A stretch of 61,241 nt of DNA, the filler included, from Thelocarpon superellum (lineage: Eukaryota), in the NCBI GenBank assembly GCA_026025795.1. It is 6 parts of 6 records of this genome, joined end to end, with 100 filler letters (N's around TTAATTAATTAA, not from the genome) between each part and the next. Parts side by side here need not be neighbours in the genome. Positions count along the whole stretch, not along the records: positions 30,772 to 40,875 come from JAPEUG010000540.1; positions 40,976 to 51,062 come from JAPEUG010000541.1; 4 more parts are not named here. The stretch is one strand, 5' to 3'. Position 1 is the first letter of the stretch. Each line of letters begins with the position of its first letter. Shown here piece by piece: positions 36,098 to 48,304 of this stretch. The notes beneath the pieces are model-generated. The model did no database searches, was not told where the DNA came from, and saw only the letters and a program-made list of their open reading frames with translations. A program made the translations under genes and the position numbers.

Positions 36098-39000
36098 TCA
36101 CGAATGATGGCTCCCTCGTTGACTCCCTCGGTGGCTCTCTTGGTGACTCCCCTGGTAGCTACCGTCGTTAGATCTCGTGGAGCCGTCGACGAGCTCGGCT
36201 GCGCTCCCGAGATAGTCGACGCCTTCATGGGGCTGCTGCACGGCATCGTGTACGTGGTCGCTTGCTCGGTGTTGCTGCACGTAACCCATGCTTGCTCTCG
36301 GGTCGCCCAACCGATCGACCGTCAGACCGCCGAATACGGACGATGAGTGACGCGCATGTGTCGATCCACTGGCCGCAATGTCGTTGTCGTCAAGCGAAGG
36401 TATGAGACTGGACTCAATTGACTCCGCTCCCGCAGACGTGCGAATGGACTCGTCCGTGGGACGTCCAGAGCCAAACGGCGGCTGTGAGGACGGCAGTCGA
36501 GGCGGATGCGGATCGTAGAGGCGTGGTGTTGATGGAGGTGAGGCGTGAATAGCCGAGAGGCGATTGGCAAGGATGGGCGCATCTGTGGGGCCGGTCGACG
36601 CCCGCTTCAAATGGTTTCGCGGGACCTTGGGATTCGTGCGAGAGTTTACTCGCGAACTCACCTTGGAACCAACTCGGCTGGGAAGCTCAATGGCTCCTCC
36701 CGTGTCGATTCCCGGTAAGGATGGTGGCACGTCGGAGATTCGGCGCGACCCATCAGGATCCTCCCCCGAGTCGCCACTGTCCTCCTCGTCCTCGTCCTCT
36801 TCCCCTCCCGCGCCCACCCGAGCTTGGCGTGCGCGTTCGGCCGGCAACACACCCATAAGCTGGCGCGGAGTCCCGTCCTCCATCGCTAGTCCCTCCTCGC
36901 CAGGCAGAGTGCTGCCGTCCGCCGCCCGTGCTACCATCGGGGCCGGTGCACGCGAGCTCCTCACCACCTCAAAGCCCTTGCCCTTCTCCTTGGTCTTGCC
37001 CCCGAAGAAGCCTTTGAACCAGCCCGCTGCAGAGGCGACAGTCCCCGTTGGATCGGCCGGGCCCGTGCCCAGACGTCGGGTGGGGAGATTAGACAGGGCT
37101 GGGCCTCGTACCCCATAGTAGAAATCCACTTCGCGGACGGCGTAATCGGTCTGCGGACGACGCGGATCGCTTGTGTTCGGGTCGGCAATATCACGCGAGG
37201 CCAAGAAGGCGGGCACAGGCGTCCCTCGTCCAGAGATCGATGGGCCGTCCAATGGATCCGTAGGGACGTTTTTACCAGTGGACGATTGGCTCCACCGCTG
37301 GTTTGCCCAGTCACCACTGGCCCACGACCCTCGCTTGGGGACCGACGTGGGACTCTCGGTCGTGGTCATTGTGGCCTTCCGCCGTGGCGGTCGATAGTAA
37401 GGATCGGCACTTTCGACATTGCGAAGTCCGACCAAGCCGCCCTGGGCTGATCCGGAGCCGGCCTGATGGCTCGGCACATAGGAGAATGTACTCTGTCCGC
37501 CTGGAGTGGTGGGTGTGTATCCGCTCCCACTTCCACGCCGAGTCTGGCCGGCGGCATCGACAGATTCGAGACCCGCGCTGGCTCTCCCCTCGCTGGCGCC
37601 ATTCCGCGCCAGGAGGAGGGCAGAGCTGCCGGACGCACTGCGTGCTCTGCTGCCATTGAGGGGGGATTTGCGGTCGGTTTCGGTGGCGAGTATATCGCCA
37701 TCCGAGATACCACTCTCGCGACCACCCGGTCGTCGGGGCATCCTTCGTGACAGTTGGCGCATTCCAAACACCTAGCGGAACACGCATGACATCAGTGACA
37801 CTCCGAGAGAGACGACGCGAGACTGCGATGGCAGGGGAAGGAGACCAACCTTGGTCAATCCGCCACGGGCCACGCCCCCGCCGACGCCATCGTCTCCGCC
37901 AGCGCCGGCGAGACGCGCGCCTACTTCGACGATGGTCTGCACGGCGTTCAGGAAAAAGCCAAAGACGAGGGCGATGGCATGCATCAAGAGAATGACGTAT
38001 CCAATCCAGCCTTTCGGGGACTCTGTCACCCCGAGCGAGGGGACGAAGGCCACCATGAGCAGAGTCGTGAGGAGCCGCACCACGGCAAAGAAGGTATGAT
38101 AGGCGTTGTTGGACGTCGTGGATTGGAAGGGCCGGAAGGCGTGGAGGGTAAGGATCAAGATGACCTCGCAGATCGCGAGGACGATGATCTGAGCGATTCC
38201 GGATTGCTGGATGGCGCCGATGGCAATGCCTCGCAGGAACTGCAGGAAGAGCGGGACTAACGCAAAGGCGGCCGCGTTGTCAGAGTATGTATTGTAGAGC
38301 GGCCCATACTGGAGCACGGTAGCGAGGTCGTCGAAGAGATAGGATCGCGGACGGATCTTGGCGATTAGTCGCAAGAGCCACACGGAAAAGCCGATCAATG
38401 CCAGCAGCAGCACGACGGCGAAGGCCGTTGTGGCCGGGGCGATGGGATCATCACCCGCGATCACCAGCTGGAACATGGATAGGGCGACACTCGGCAGGAG
38501 GAAGTAGTTGAAGACGATGCGGATGACATTCCCGAGCGTGAAGGGGAGATTTTTGGCGCGCAGGTCCTCTTCGGGTGTGCCGGACACGTGGCGATAAAGC
38601 CAACGAAAGACGAAGCCGGCCTGGATCAGGGCGATGACAGCGGCAATAATGACGAGCAACCAGACGACAAAACCGGCCCAGATGTCCTTGACGGAGGTCA
38701 AGCCCACCAGCTGGCTCAGCTGGTCCAAGCCGTAGTCGCCCTGGGTCACGTACATGCCATCCACGAGGCTCTGGGTGCCATTGCCATGTGAGACGAAGCT
38801 GTTGTTAAACGTGAGGATGGACCAGCTGGCCTGACTTGCAGCAGGCTGATAATAGCCAGGGTAGTTGAGGGATAAGCCCCCGGTCAGGACGACGAATTGG
38901 ATGTACTGGAGGCAATCGCCAAAGCCCGGCGTCACAAGGCGAAGCAAGTCGGCGTCTCGGCCATAGTTACTCGTCCAACGGAAGACGTCAGACGAACCCC

Positions 39001-39907
39001 AGGGGCTGTAGATGGCGGCAAAGGCCGTGCCAAAGCCGACTATGACCAAGATGATGAGGGGGATGAAGGCTAGTAGGCCGCTCAACGATCGACCCAGGTC
39101 GGGGGTGATGTTAGCAGAGACGCAGGCTAGCACGGCATTGTCGACATCACCGGAGGTGACGTGCAGGGTGCTCGACAGCGTCGTAAAGGCGTAGCTCGAG
39201 TTCATGTCGTGGGCCACGGAGAATGCCGGCAGTTGCGCGGGGTCACTCGCGTTGGCGTCGAAGGCCGGTCCCAGGGGGCACTCTCCATGCACGAGATCTC
39301 CGCAGAAGCGTGCTGGGTTCATCTCATATGGGGTGTAGCTCAGCACATTGACCTTGGCGAACAGGGTCGCGAATTTGTTGTTCGGCTCAGAGAGATCGAC
39401 GATCTTGCCCAGGGTCTTGTTGGGGTCGGACCACTGGGGATCAGAGGCTGGCGGTGGGACGATGACCGTGGCCGAGCCCGACACATTTCCGTAGATGGTG
39501 ACATTAAGATGATGAGAGGAGTTGGTGGTGTCGAAGGTGGCGGAGAAGAAGAGCGGGGTGAACTGCAGTTGCACTGGATGCGAGTTGATGACGTTGGGGT
39601 CGAGGCAATTATCGAAGGGGATCATGGCCGCCTGAACATGATCAAGGACCTGCCCAAGCAGCAGCACGGCCATGCATCCGTGCAGTAGGGAGCGATTCCG
39701 AGCCAACGGCCGTCGTCGCGGATCGGGCGGAGGCCATCGTGGTTGGAGGTAAAGTTCGCGCGTTTGGCGGGGCCGCCTCTCCGACGAGGCCAGGCCGCGG
39801 CGTGCCGTCGTGATAGCACGCTGGGGCGACGATGGGCGGACGCGATCGTCATCTTGCCCGAGCGCGTCCGCAAGGTCGGCGGGGGGGACGGCATGTGGCG
39901 AGCTCAT
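36098..39907 (-). CDS. FLC/TRP-like (fungal Pkd2-type) membrane protein with N-terminal ML-like domain, 2 exons
   Basis: FDNCL...CPLGP...LACVSANITPDLG; YIQFVVLTGGLSLNYPGYYQP; YGPLYNTY; several TM helices; intron near 37848-37772; long disordered C-terminal tail (DYAVREVDFYYGVRGPAL). Confidence 0.85.
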
Positions 39908-40875
39908 GACATCCGCGTCGCTGGTCGTCCTCCTACCGGAGGTCTCCTGTGCGTGCTCTTTCTCCTGGGAGCAGATCCGGAGGAATCCAGGGAAGCGTCG
40001 GTATCATTTACGCCGCAATTCATGCGGCGGTTGGTGAGACGAAGGGCCACCACATGACCTGGGCGGACGGTGGAATGGGCGAGCGGCGTATCTTGCGTCT
40101 CACAGGTGGAGAGGGTGGAGAGCCTGGACGAGAGTATCATCTAGTCTCTCCGTCTGCAAGGTCCATCATATGCAGCGACGTCGCGGGAGAGGTGTGTGAG
40201 TTGGCGTGGGCGCCGCAGGAACCAATCCGTGCGAGTCCCTCGTCACCGAAGCTGCGTCTACCACTGGGTGACTGGTACCGCTGCCGAAGGGCTCGTTCTT
40301 TTTTCAGCTGCCGTAACTTGACGTTACAATTACGAATAGTCCCGGCTAAGCCCCGAAGGTACAGGGCACTGGCGAACCACGCAGTGCCGCCCGATGCCCA
40401 CTCCCCCACTTCTCCAAGCGAAAGGAACCAAATCACCAGAAACCGCTCACCGGCCAGCCCGCGACCAGCCGAACCATGAGACAGGTAGACGCGGCCACGC
40501 GGCTCAATAATAGACGTGCCGCGAACACGACCTGGAGACTCGTGATCTGTTTGACACCAGTCCGTATGAGACGGGTACAAAGGTTGCCGAGCACGCAGGC
40601 TTGGCACAGACGGGCCAGGAGCCTAGTCTGCTCATCTTGGTGATGACCTCACAATATTCAGCGTGCCATCTATCGTTGCCTGTCTTGTCCAGCCAATTCG
40701 CCGGAAGCTCCCGGAGTTTGAAGACACTCGACCAATCTGTAGAATCTGACAATGGACACCTCATCAAGCTTTGATCGGCCGTACGAGCATCAACTGCGCC
40801 AGCGCCCGCGGCAGAGCCTGCGTGTATCCATTACGTAGCCTTCACCCGAGAACGCCCAAGTCGGAGCCCGGAGCA

Positions 40876-40975
40876 NNNNNNNNNNNNNNNNNNNNNNNNN
40901 NNNNNNNNNNNNNNNNNNNTTAATTAATTAANNNNNNNNNNNNNNNNNNNNNNNNNNNNNNNNNNNNNNNNNNNN
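40876..40975. other. Artificial contig linker
   Basis: N44-TTAATTAATTAA-N44. Confidence 0.99.
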
Positions 40976-40993
40976 GATGTGTATAAGAGACAG
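40976..40993 (+). other. Untrimmed Nextera/Tn5 mosaic-end adapter remnant
   Basis: GATGTGTATAAGAGACAG matches 18 of the 19 nt of the Tn5 mosaic end AGATGTGTATAAGAGACAG and sits exactly at the contig start. Confidence 0.95.
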
Positions 40994-41082
40994 ATCGATA
41001 CCAGTACCACGTCCTAGGACAAGGCACAGGGTATAGGATGTGAGATTACTGAGATCGTACTTCTCTCCTCCCATCCACCAAT

Positions 41083-41158
41083 GAGCGAGTGAGGGAGTGA
41101 GTGAGGGAGTGAGGGAGGGAGGGAGGGAGGGAGGGAGGGAGGGAGGGAGTGAGTGAGG
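41083..41158 (+). repeat. (GAGG/GAGT)n purine-rich microsatellite
   Basis: Run of GAGG and GAGT tetramers downstream of the ACT-domain gene. Confidence 0.9.
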
Positions 41159-41338
41159 AAGCTAGGAAGTTAATTCACGGTGCAAGTGTATAGTATATTC
41201 TTGAATCCAATGCATGTAACTTTGGAACTTGTCAAAAGTTCAATTTGGTAATTTCGTATTCGGAAAGTGGCTTTTGGAGAGGAGCGGAGCGGAGAGGAAA
41301 GGGGTACACGCAGTACAGCAAATCAGCGCCATACCACC

Positions 41339-42752
41339 TCACAGAATTCCATTTTGCCCTCCCTTAAGCGCGTCAATAGCCCGCTCCAATTCCTGCTCGC
41401 CTACCATGACCGTCCCCGCTGTCGCCGTACTGAGATATGACATTTCCATCGCCACGGGAACAGAGTGAGATGGGGGAGATCCAGGTACCGTAAAAGTAGT
41501 AGGAGACTGAGGAAGATGCGGGGCAGGAAGAGGAGCAGTAGCAGTGGCAGTGGCAGTGGCAGTGGCAGTGGCAGCGGCAGCGGTTGGGGGATATGGAGGA
41601 AAGGAAGGCGCGTGCCCGCTGGTCGGCGACCGCACGTCTGCGCCCCTTCCCACCAGCCGTCCCGCAATCCCGCACACGATACCTGTTGATTCGAGTGGAA
41701 GCTCATGCAGATCGAGCATGATGGGGACCAAAATGTCGTCTTTGCTCCCCAAGAGGACCTCGTCCGCTCCAAAGCGAGGCAAGAGGCGTTTCTCCAAGAG
41801 AAGCGAGGCCGGCTCAGACTCCGTTAGGGTGAGGCTGAGGAACCGTGGCTGGCCGACCAGACATCGCACCAGCCCTAGGTGCAATTTCACATCGTTGGCC
41901 GTCCCCTCGTCCGATGACGACTCTTTGCGACCGGCACATTGGACGAGGCGGATCGCCGGGTCGACTTGCGGTGAGATTTTCTGCCGTTTGAGAAGCGCAA
42001 AGGTGCGATACTGCAGATCGTCAATGTCCGTGGGTGGGGGGCTGTTGGGGGGGACGTCAATGGACGAGTTGGAGGACTGGTGGCGGTGGTGGTGGGATTG
42101 GTTCACGAAGGCGTCCGCGTGCTGTTCGAATACGAAGCCTCGTCGCTCCAGAGCATGAATGAGCTGGCCGCGACTCTTGGCTGGGACAAGAATGTAGTCG
42201 GAGAAGTACGTCGTGATGAAGAAGATGGAGCTGAGCGTCGTCAGTAATGCTGCGGGCCCTGAGCTGGCGTAGGCTCCGGGGACACACACATGCCGGCGAG
42301 AGCGAGCGGTCTGGTCAATTCAAGAACTCGCTGCCCGGCATCGAGACCTTCTCCATCCACCTGCACGACGACGTAGTCTTCCCGGGTGATGGAGACCTGG
42401 TGTTGTCGATCCCCTAGCGTGGCTAGGATCGGGCGAAACAAGCGCTGCGCACACTCGCGCGAACACACGACGGAGCACTCCACCGGGGTGACGGAGATAT
42501 TGAGAAATGGATGTTTAGATGTCCACGACCCCACGGCTGGGTCACCGCCTCCTTGCCCTCCACCTTCTTCTGTCGGAAAGAGAAGCTGGAGGATCGGCTG
42601 CAGGAAGTATGGGTAGAGGTGAAGCGGGATATGGATCAGACTTAAGTGGCAGTCCTACGTTCTTGGCTCAGCTTCCTCCTTCCCACATCTATGCACGTTA
42701 TCGTGACGTTGAAACTCACGATGAAGTGGAGTCGGGCATGAGTCAGAGGCAT
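41339..42752 (-). CDS. CASTOR/GATS-like ACT_7-domain protein, 3 exons
   Basis: MPLTHARLHFI|DCHLSLIHIPLHLYPYFLQPIL...FLNISVTPVECSVVC...RVLELTRPLALAG|ISIFFITTYFSDYILVP...FLSLTLTESEPASLLL...GIVCGIAGRLV...MSYLSTATAGTVMV. Confidence 0.82.
41535..41583 (+). repeat. (GCAGTG)n coding repeat giving an Ala/Thr tract
   Basis: Translates as TAAAATATATATATATA inside the ACT-domain gene. Confidence 0.85.
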
Positions 42753-45243
42753 CCTGCTCGTCCAGACTGCGGCACCGAGGTGTCGGCGCCCACGACACCA
42801 CGCGTCCCCAATCGTAGGCGTGGAGGGGTAAAGGTGGAAGGGCTCTTCAACCCACGGGGCGCCCCACCGATGGCACGTCGCTTAGAGGGAAACTTGATAT
42901 GACGTGGATGAGTACCAGAGGGGCGATAGAGGTTTGACGAACGGTGACAGTGGACGCGGGCTAGCTCTAGAAGACTATAAGAGAAAATGGTCGGCGATGA
43001 AGACGATGACCGCCGCGTCTCAGGCACGAAGTGAGGGGCCAACAGATACTCTGGACATGGAGGTGCGGAAGATGAAGCGGGTCAAGAGAAGCGTCATACT
43101 TCAAAGCTCTTGCATGACCCAGCAGCTTCCTTGTCTGCCCCGTCTGCCTCGACCTGGGTCCAGGCCACCCCGCCGTCGGATCGGTAAATGATCCTGGTTA
43201 TAATCCTGGTTCTGGTGCGTGGTACAGTCCGCGCGCGGGCACAACATTGAGCTGCGGTCACGCAGGAGAGATGCAAGAGGGAACGATTCATTGGGGAGGG
43301 AGGAAGGGAGGCAAAGCGACGGTGATCAAGCGCCGTTGAGCAAGCGCGAGTCAAGCCCAGTCGAGTAGAGCCATGGTGCGTGCGGCGAGCAGCGGCCATC
43401 GCCGGCAAGTTTCAATGTGGGCTGACAGGCTCCAACCCGGAACTAGTTCGAGGTCCCTCCTGTACGCCACGCTTGCCATGCCATCCCCACCATGTCCGGG
43501 CCCGACGAAGCCAGCGAAGCCAGCGAAGCCAACGAACCGCGCCGAAACCACCCAGCGCTGCCCAAACGCTGACGCATCTGGTCTCTCAATCTATGCCGCG
43601 TGGGTAGGATGAGGGCGCGACCAAACTTCTGGCTAGTCCGGCCTTTGCCTACCAGGCAGCTAAAGCCGATAGACTAGCCGGAGGGGTCGGCGCTCTACCG
43701 CAAGGCTACCGGCGGAATAGGACGGGGCAAGCGTGGGGTGCGTGATGGCGATGCGCAATGATGCGCATGCAGCTGTTCGTTTAAAGCGCGGACGTACGAA
43801 TGCCCATCCCATAGCTCGTAGGGAGAAAGGAAAGCCGAGAAGATCGGCTGTGGCCCCCATCGCCGTCCCGAAGCGCCGTGATTGGTCTTGCATCTCGCCC
43901 GACGCGAGGGTCTCCAGGAACGCTGCGCCCCAACCCCAACCCTGGCCCCCGACGCCAGTCCCCTTCTCGATTCCGTTCGACGATGTGACTGGGCGAGTTT
44001 CCCACGGTGATAGCCGTCGGGCACCCGGAAGGGGGCCTCTGCCGCCCGGACGCCGGGACTGCCAACCCCACCCGCACCTCGGCTCTCGACGCCCTCAAAC
44101 ATAAGTTGACAGGCGAGCCAGCATGGACCTTGCGAGATTGTGCCCCTCACCCACCGGCTCTCCCCTGGCAAGCCTTGCGGCGAGATCGCAAGGCCCTGCC
44201 TGCGCCCGGGTCCGATTGGGTCGACGCATCGGAGGAGGTCGGTCCGGGACAGGGACAGGCACGGGGCACTCCGCTTACCGCGGGACCGGCAATTTGACAC
44301 CGGTCCCGGGACGCGGACGATCGCCTTTGTCAGCGTCGGGCGATAGCCTCTTCCCTCCTCACGATTGGTGCGAGCGCCCCGGCGGTAGTCCGCCTCCGTT
44401 TACGCCCTCAGCTGCATGGCGCTTGATCCACGCATTTTCGCTCGATGCCCTTCCCCTCTTCCCCAATCCATCACCCTGCCTCACCAAGTCTCGACCAGCG
44501 CACGGTCCCTGCGCTGCATGAGAGATCGGGAATGGACCATCCATGATGGTCCCCTGACCTCCACCTGCCGACACCGGGCCACTACTTGCGGCTGACCACG
44601 GGGAATCGCTTGAAATCTTTGCAGACGAAAGCAAGGAACGAGACCAAGACATTTCCCCGTGGGGTCTATCGACAAGGGGTCCGAGCCACGAGATCTCCGT
44701 GGCAGGCGGCCGTCGCCGTGGCTGTCATTGGGTAGACGCTCATGCTGTTTCGAGGCTCCACACCCAGCATCGCGGTCGGTATTACTCATACCTGGCGATG
44801 CATCGACCGCAGCCCGCGTGTGTCACCGAGCCTCCACGCGTACTCCGCTCACCTTACTAGGGTAGTAGGGTGGTTCGACGGCCGTGCGTCATCCGCCGTG
44901 GCTGCCTTGTCGCCTACGCAGGACAGCTACGACTCAGCTATTAGCCGTAGCAAAGCTCTTCAGTCGGAGCGACAATGTTACTTGTCAAGCATATGTCGCT
45001 CATCTCCGATCTTCCGCCACGGGCCATCGGGCCACGGGCTCAGCTGGTCCTGCATCTGCAGTCTTCATGCGGGCCGAACGCATCTGATCAGGACGAGCTA
45101 TTACTTATGCAATGACACGCAAGTATTCGTCCGTGACGTAACTGAATCGTAAATGCATTGTAGACGCATGCTAAAGTCATCGTTCCGTCGCACTCAGATG
45201 CCGAGACCAAATCGCATGTCCTGATGCCAGCAGCGCCCTCGCG

Positions 45244-46978
45244 TTACTCCGGAGATCGTTTTCGACCAGACTGCATCATGACGTGCCCAGGCCTGTGCAT
45301 TCCATCATTTGACAACCCTCCACGAGACCAGCCGGCATTATACGGAGGCACCACGGGCACGCCATGTGACGTGGTCGACGGGGGAGGTGGTGGCGGCGGC
45401 GGCGGCGGCGGGAAGGAGGGCGGAAAGGGAGGGCCATGCATTGGATATACTGGGAACGGCCTCCCGGCCGGAGGATGGTTCAAGGCTATCGGAGGCGGCG
45501 GTGGATGAAATGGAGGCGGTGCTGGAGGCCACGACCCTTGCCCTGCCGCAGGGTACGTTGTCGACGCTGGGGGTGGTGCGGCGGCTGGCACCGTTCCGGG
45601 CCCAGACCCAGAGTGCGTCGGCTGAAAAAGATGTGCGTCGGATGAATAAGAGTATGAGCGTGAGCGTGAGCGCGAGCGTGGTCGCCGCCCTCGTCGTGGA
45701 CTCCTCGACCGCATCGAAGGACTCCGCGAGGCGTGAGGTGATCGGTCGCCGTGCACAGGGCGTCGCGGAGAGCGCGACCGCCGACGGCTCGGGCTCGGGC
45801 TGGGGCTGCTGTCGCTATCGCCGTATCTTCTCCGCTTACGCGAGGCCTCGTGGACACTCCCGCTCTCACTCCGATGTCGACTCCACGACCCTACGGTGTT
45901 CCTCCGTTCCCCTCCGCGTTTCATGCGGTCGCAGAAGGCCTTGGACCATCCGTAGTAGCCCTCCTGTTGGGTGAGCTCCCCCGTGCTCGCGTCGCGATAT
46001 ATACGCCCACCCAGCTCATCCACGTCAACGACCTCGCCATCTTCTTCGGGATCGCGGGGTTTGAAGATCTGCTCCACCTCTTTCAAAAAGTCGGTGACGA
46101 TGCTTGCCAATCCTGGATCTGCCGGGCCCGCCACGAAGCGCAGCGGTTGGACAAGCGTAGGATCGATCGGCGCCGCGTGGTTGGGTTCGATGTGCGGCAT
46201 CATGTTGGCGGCGGGAAGATCATAATACGGCGTGGCTGGGTCGCCGTGACTCGCCGGCATCGTGAACGCATCCTTTCGGCCATTGCCACGTTTGACGGAC
46301 AACGCAGCATCGCCTCGGGCCTCATCCGATGCACGTAGCCTCGAGGATGTATCCTCGTTGCCAGCATCATTGATGGCACGTCGAAGGTCCCTAATGGCGT
46401 CCCGGGTATAGTAGCTTTTGTCATCCCAGATGTCTAAGAGCTCCCCAATCTTCCGTTCATGCTCGGGCCGATGTCCCGCCGCCGCAGCAGACACGAAGAG
46501 GTCGTGCAGAAATGGCTGCAGCGCACTCAAGAGTGGTGGAGCGGACGCAACCGAAGCGTCGTGGTATTTCACGTGGTGGAGCAGATCATTGACGAGATAG
46601 AGGATGTGAAGGCGCCGCCTCCTTCGTGACGGCTTTGAGGCGTCTGAACCATCGCCCGCACTTTTGACATGCTCCGAAAACGATGCAGATAAGGCCACCA
46701 GGAATTTGCCCAATCCCGTCACCCTCGTCGATGATGAGACGGCGTTCTTCAGCAGCCACCGCTTGCACGTCTACGGTCAAGGTCGGAGGTTAGCCCAGGC
46801 ATGCGATTCCTCAAGAAGTGGTAGGTCAAACCTGAATGTTCGTCGGCGAGCATTGAGTGAGGGCCTTGTCTAGCAAGGTATGGAACTGGGCAATCTCATC
46901 GCGGGACACGGAGATGAGGTCTGGGCGAAGCAGGGTGGCGGCAAAGGACGCTTTGGCGATGGCGATCTGATGGGACAT
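45244..46978 (-). CDS. CID (CTD-interacting)-domain protein with RS-rich and Pro-rich tail, 2 exons
   Basis: MSHQIAIAKASFAATLLRPD...NIQ|TCKRWLL...RRLHILYLVNDLLHH...LLDIW; TPYYDLPAANM; EGYYGWS; RSRSRSRS and poly-Pro tail. Confidence 0.78.
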
Positions 46979-47460
46979 AGCCACTGAAACAGCGATCACA
47001 TCGAGCTTTTATCCTACTTTGGTTTTCTCATGACCACGTCCACGTCCATAGGAAGTCGGAGTGGACAATCAGTGGGATGGGAAAGGCTCACAGAATGTTT
47101 ACTGAGCAAGCTGGCCAATTCGGGACCAAACTTTCGATATCGCAATACATGCTTACGTAAGCGACATCGCTATAGCTTCGCCTTCATGCTCGAGACTGCC
47201 TACTAGGCAGGGAAGAGATTTAGAACACAGTTTACACAGAAGCTCCTTCACAGGCATAGAATCCGACCTGTGGGTCTCGGTTGTTCGGTCCTTCCACGTC
47301 ATGGCCTCGATCAACGGTCAAGATCACCAGGCGGCTCACCCGTGCGCAACTACAACGTCCGCGTACGAGGTGGATTCTGGTGGTAGCAGCGTACTGCGCC
47401 AGAGAATAGCCATGTACTCCATGGACCGCCAACCAATGTGCTGGACACGATTTGAAAATC

Positions 47461-47988
47461 TCAACTGAAGCGATCGCCCTTCTTCGCTCGAAAGGGTACA
47501 CTGGCTTGATATATGCTCCTGTCCTGGCTCTTCTGACCCCCATTGGCGTGTCCTGTGGGAGCCGGATCACTGCTTGCCTCTTGACTGGGACTTCCGGCGT
47601 AGTCGGACGGACGGGAACGATCGTCAGGACGTCGGACTTTGGGTGGAGCTTGGTATTCAAGTGCTTCTTGTTGTCTTTGCCGCCTCAAGTCGGCCTCATA
47701 ACGTTCTGCCCGCTCGGCGTTGATGGATCGTTTGGCGAAAAAGTAAGCCGTGCCTCCGGCTGGATGAAGGTTAGTCATTGTCAGAGAGTCTCCAAGTAGT
47801 CTCAAGGTGAACGCCAACCAACGACCAAAGATCCCCAGCCAATCCTGCGGTTGCAAATCATCAATTGGGGCCCGAACAAGAAGCTTGAACGCCGTATGAT
47901 GTCACTGACCAAAACGATTTGACCTGCGTCACGGATTAACTTGGGAGATGAAGAGACAGGACATCACGCTCAGGTGTACCGTATTCAT
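47461..47988 (-). CDS. Small membrane protein (DUF4748-like), 4 exons including micro-exons
   Basis: MNT|VKSFW|IGWGSLVV|AGGTAYFFAKRSINAERAERYE...ASVPFRAKKGDRFS*; three GT-AG introns preserve the frame. The DUF name is from memory. Confidence 0.78.
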
Positions 47989-48304
47989 CTTGCGTCGCGC
48001 GGGATAACAGGTCAGCCTTTGTTGTGAGGTGCCTCGACCGGAATCAGAGGACCGTCATGCTAAACCCAACTTCATGGGTGATCAGTTTCGGAGAAGGCCA
48101 GACCTCTATCCTCAGACTTTCCTGGCTGGCATTCGCCTCTGCCGGCAAAACTTCCAACATCCCGAGACGAGACTTGGACTGACTCACGGGCCGAGGGGCG
48201 TGGCTTACATAATCTTGCCCTCCTTCAACGTCGTACATTCATCACCGTTGTGACGGACTTAATAGACGTCTCCTTCGTCGCCTCACCGCACTCAAGGGGT
48301 AGCG

